A stretch of DNA of 64,000 bases. It comes from Phallusia mammillata. Lineage: Eukaryota. The notes under the pieces were generated by a model, which searched no databases, was not told the origin of the DNA, and saw nothing but the letters and a program-made list of their open reading frames with translations. How positions within the stretch are numbered: the first letter of the stretch is position 1; each line of letters starts with the position of its first letter. Where the stretch lies: positions 31,868,001-31,932,000 of the forward strand of contig OZ281495.1 in assembly GCA_965637545.1 (NCBI GenBank). The letters run 5' to 3'. This document shows positions 60,901 through 64,000 of the stretch, piece by piece. Both the position numbers and the translations under genes were made by a program.

Positions 60901-63482
60901 TATACAGCAGTACAATACATAATCATGCCAGAAAAGGGGCAGCAATATAGCAAGTTAGGGCTTATGGCGACTACAACATTTTGTTTGGCTGTTTACTTAC
61001 AAATTAAATAAAGAAAATTGTCGTTTCAGCGTGGCAACCCTGGCAGAGTTGGGGAGTTTGCTCCAAAGATTGCGGAGTTGGAAGAAGAATAAGGAATAGA
61101 ATCTGCAGCACAGGAAAAGATGAGGACTGTACCGGTCTTCCCACTTCATTAGAACCATGTAGAACCAACACCCAATTATGTAAGTTGGTGGGAAAAGTGG
61201 GAAAAAACAGATGCATCAAGTAACTACGTAGAAGGTTGTGTTTTATTTCTGTATTTTCATCATTGACACCGTTTTTCATCATTGACAAGTCTGTTAACGT
61301 TTGGTTACGGAGTAAATACCTCTAACTTAGGTGCCACAAAAACCGTTCAAGATAAAATATGTTCATGGATTTGGTTTCCCCATAACGAGTAATAATAAGA
61401 TCCGACTGACAAAACTAAATCTTTCAATACACTTTCAATACAAAATTTCCTATTTCCTGCTAAAGAGAGTGTTTAACGCATCGTATTGTAATTGAAATCC
61501 TAAACTTTTTTGGTCACGAAACACTGGTCTAATCATGAACACTTAAAGGCGCTCCAGTGACGCCTAAAGCTGGAAGTTACTCGCCATGGAGCCAGTGGAG
61601 CAGTTGCAGTAAAACGTGTGGAATCGGAACGTGGTCGAGAAGAAGAATCTGTATCGGTGGAAACTGTCAGGGACCGAACCTAATGTCCGGACCGTGCAGT
61701 TTGGCAACCTGCACCACGTCAGGTTAGTGCCAGTTGATTGCTTTAAACAACGCTAAAGGTTGTGCCGGGCTTTTCAGGTTCGGCTCAAACTTAAAATAAA
61801 ATCGGGTTCGGTCTTAATTTCGAAGAAAATTTTACTTTAACTTTGGAAAAATTCATTTTTTTGCTCATGGTTTCGTTTCAACAAGCGTATGTAAAAATAA
61901 AATAATCCCAGAGTTCCAAAACTGCCCTGTGTTTTATAAAAAAAGATGCATCAAGTAACTCAAAAGATGGAAAACATGGTTGTGTTTTATCTGTATTTGT
62001 ATCAATGAAACCATTTGCACAAGTTTGTTGACTTTTTTTCACGGGGTTTGAACCCAGGACACTCCCGGGGACGAATCCCGATAAGGTTTTTTATGTTTGT
62101 ATATGGGTCAGGAGCGCCGGACCATTCGGCCAAGTTCCGTTGCTCAGGAGAGAATACATGTGACTTGGGCGCCACCAAACCTAAAAGTAACTATCGGGTC
62201 TCGTGGCCCCCCATAAGTTAACCCGTAGGATCTGTGGCCCCTACCAAAAAATATATGTAGCAAACTCACTAAACTGTAAAGTATATGATCAATCTGAACA
62301 TTTTTTTGTCAAAAATAAACCTCATTATGGACAAATAGTGTGGGAAATAGTCGATTAAATTAGAGAATTAAACAATTTGCAACAGACTCTTAATTCCGAG
62401 CATTATAAAAGAAAATGACTCACTGACTTTTGGTGGGTGTTTATAGTGGGCTTACACCTGTGCCCCCCTCCGGAATACAGCTCGTGGGCCACCTGGAGGG
62501 CAATGGGTCCTGGTTAAGAACCACTGCTATAGAGGGTTTTTAACGCATCATATAATTTTTGGTTACTCACGAAACACTTGACTAATTATGAACACTTAAA
62601 GGCGCCCCAGTGACACCGAAAGCTGGGAGTTACACGTCTTGGAGCCAGTGGAGCAGTTGCAGTAAAACGTGTGGAATCGGAACGCGTTTAAGGAGAAGAA
62701 TATGTATCGGTGGAAACTGCCAGGGACCAAATGAGATGAGGGGGTCGTGCAATTTGGCAACTTGCACCGTGTCAGGTTAGTGCCAGTTAGTTGTTTTAGA
62801 ACTATGGTAAAGAACAGGTCGGGCTTTTCGAGCTCGGGATTAAGTTTGAATAAAACGGGCTTTAAGTTAAAAAAAATATTTTACTAGAGTTAACATTGGT
62901 GCTTAACTCGTTGTTTATTTAAAATAAAACGGGTTCGGGCTTAATTTCAAAGAAAATCTTACTTCAATATGTCATAAGTTTAGATGTTACACGGAGAGAA
63001 TAAGTAGATGTTAAACAACATCCTTTCTCAGGCAATATTTTGAGAACAACATTGGATTGTGAGACATTTACATTCACATCAATAATCAAGTTGTTTATAA
63101 TATTCGCCTGAATTTGTCCCGTTTATCCGGAATAATTTTCTTCGCAAATAATAGGCAACCGTTTGAAAACCGCCCGATTAAGCGGATTGATTTACCCGAC
63201 TTTTTCTTCACAGATGATAGGCAAAGGTTTGGGCTTTGCATAACCGTCCCGGTTAACTGCTTTTCCCGGCTAACCGACTTGCAATTAACCGGTGTTCTTG
63301 TGCTTTCACTTACAGAATGGACAGCATGGGGACCTTGGTCAACTTGTTCAAAAACATGCGGCGGTGGAATTAGAAGAAGGTTCAAGATGTGCAGTCTAGG
63401 AAATAGTGGACCGACTTGCTTTGGATCTAGCGACTTTGAATTTTGCAATCCGGTTGATTGTCCACGTAAGCAAAAACAATAA
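51953..63482 (+). CDS. Secreted CAP/SCP-domain + thrombospondin type-1 repeat protein 2 (~685 aa; canonical CAP, 8 TSP1); at least 14 exons, 3' end uncertain
   Basis: Exons 51953-52053, 53186-53280, 54126-54277, 55260-55433, 56152-56285, 56656-56759, 58239-58415, 58930-59079, 59571-59720, 60381-60536, 61030-61179, 61549-61722, 62602-62775 and 63316-63465(+). Own signal-like N-terminus MICTTYTRVCLLTMLAM; GENIF, WEGE and CGHYTQ motifs. CAP exon sizes 152/134/104 are identical to gene 1. It ends by read-through (stop 63482), via 63554-63585, or beyond the window. Confidence 0.85.
53078..53129 (+). ncRNA. Type I hammerhead ribozyme with intact catalytic core (family A)
   Basis: agctgca-CTGATGA(53085-91)-GACC-TTATG-GGTC-GAAA(53105-08)-CAGT-GTGG-ACTG-TC(cleavage after 53122)-ttcagct. 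Stem II has 4 bp, stem III has 4 bp plus A15.1-U16.1, and stem I pairs 6 of 7. Confidence 0.85.
53716..54070 (+). mobile_element. tRNA-derived SINE family 2 (tail of one unit followed by head of the next)
   Basis: A-box TAGCTCAGATGG at 53921-53932 and B-box GGTTCAAATC at 53966-53975. The body gggaatgct...gccttcatgggcctggc is shared with 59222-59450 (+), 60095-60235 (-) and 63545-63630 (+). Confidence 0.7.
54857..55191. mobile_element. MITE of the CAGAGTTG/CGGGCT family
   Basis: Imperfect TIRs cagagttgcaagccgggc / gagcccacttactactctg. Interior motifs are shared with 3282-3479; no clean TSD. Confidence 0.55.
57053..57959 (+). mobile_element. Non-autonomous hAT-Charlie/Buster deletion derivative (907 bp) with a transposase C-terminal remnant and a nested MITE end
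   Basis: TIRs caggggttcttaaact / agtttaagaacccctg with a perfect TSD ctttagac (57045-57052 and 57960-57967). 57745-57880 translates to decayed ATYQC*SGFS...VVSKKQ..ASH*, matching the hAT dimerisation and C-terminal motifs. A second TIR gtagtttggtgacccctg ends near 57611. Confidence 0.85.
59222..59450 (+). mobile_element. tRNA-derived SINE family 2 copy
   Basis: B-box-like ggtttcgaatccc followed by the family body gggaatgcttgg...catgggcctggc...ggctgatctcagta. Confidence 0.6.
62042..62138 (-). mobile_element. tRNA-derived SINE family 1 copy
   Basis: Minus strand reads GGCCGAATGGTC (A-box) ... GGGTTCAAACCCC (B-box). Homologous to 6639-6730. Confidence 0.55.
62195..62526. mobile_element. 5'-truncated hAT-Charlie MITE
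   Basis: 3' TIR cctggttaagaaccactg followed by ctatagag, with GTGGCCCC subterminal motifs. The 5' TIR was not found. Confidence 0.5.
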
Positions 63483-64000
63483 CACTGTAACTGACTAACT
63501 TAGTCAATTTTTTAAATAAAAGCTGAAATTCTGCCTTACTTTTTTTTTTTTAGCCCACGCCTTGGTATATGGGAATGCTTGGTGACACGCTGGTTCGGTA
63601 TAACGCCTTCAATGGGCCTGGTGCACTGTGATAGCTGTATATAAACTACTGCTTAGTTGCGAAAGAAAAGTATTTTTACCTCCATTAACTTTCTCTCCGA
63701 ACTAAACACTAAATAGTTAGGCCATTGTTCCACAATAAGCTCAATGAGAAAGCGTAACAAGTTGTTTTGGCGGGCCTGTGGAAAAAGACACAAAAGTAAA
63801 GATATCAGATAAAGGCTCAGTGATGTTTGTAGCCAGTGAAAAAATCTTTTACGCAATATTTAAGAAGCCTGATAAAGGTTCAGTGATGTTTGTAGATTTT
63901 GTGTTGGTCCATGAAAAGGCTATATGCTTAATAGGCAAATTTAAAATAGGAGCAGTACTTTTAACAATTTGTTTTATCGGGCATGTGGAAAACAACTTTT

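Larger units (their letters stand above)
61200..62960 (+). repeat. Tandem duplication of a TSP1 exon together with flanking intron sequence
   Basis: Exons 61549-61722 and 62602-62775 differ at 28 of 174 nt by my count. Shared flanks include gatgcatcaagtaact, ttaacgcatc, cacgaaacact..ctaat.atgaacacttaaag and gttagtgccagtt, plus MITE remnants. Confidence 0.9.

Noticed and set aside
42079-63482. A single giant CAP-TSP-CAP-TSP gene
   Set aside because: The phase-1 donor at 49219 could join 54126 in frame. However, a phase-compatible terminal exon with a stop exists (49764-49882), and the second CAP has its own signal-peptide exons (51953-52053, 53186-53280) mirroring gene 1's intron phases. Read-through fusion is possible but unsupported.

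Overview
AT-rich animal genomic DNA with GT-AG introns of roughly 0.3-2 kb. The gene content and short intergenic spacing suggest an invertebrate chordate such as an ascidian (inference, not demonstrated). Reading splice sites and phases by hand gives eight protein-coding genes. (1) A partial two-TM membrane protein (-, 1-697). (2) A 4-exon uncharacterised 299-aa charged protein (+). (3) A 6-exon type I LRR transmembrane protein with no TIR domain (+). (4,5) Two paralogous intronless atypical 7TM receptors (+), one with a ~185-aa repeat-filled first intracellular loop. (6) A 7-exon ~1224-aa coiled-coil/disordered protein resembling the KIAA0408/SOGA (DUF4482) family (-). (7,8) A tandem pair of secreted CAP/SCP + thrombospondin type-1 repeat genes (+): one has a degenerate CAP tetrad and 3 TSP1 plus a truncated one; the other has a canonical tetrad and 8 TSP1, including a recently duplicated exon. 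Introns and spacers carry hAT MITEs with 8-bp TSDs, two tRNA-derived SINE families, and two families of hammerhead-ribozyme-bearing repeats. The strongest novel-looking signal is an intact-core type I hammerhead on the sense strand of intron 1 of the second CAP-TSP1 gene, cleaving 63 nt upstream of the 3' splice site. A palindromic Penelope-type hammerhead element with a 12-bp TSD is also present. No CRISPR, rRNA or intact tRNA genes were seen.
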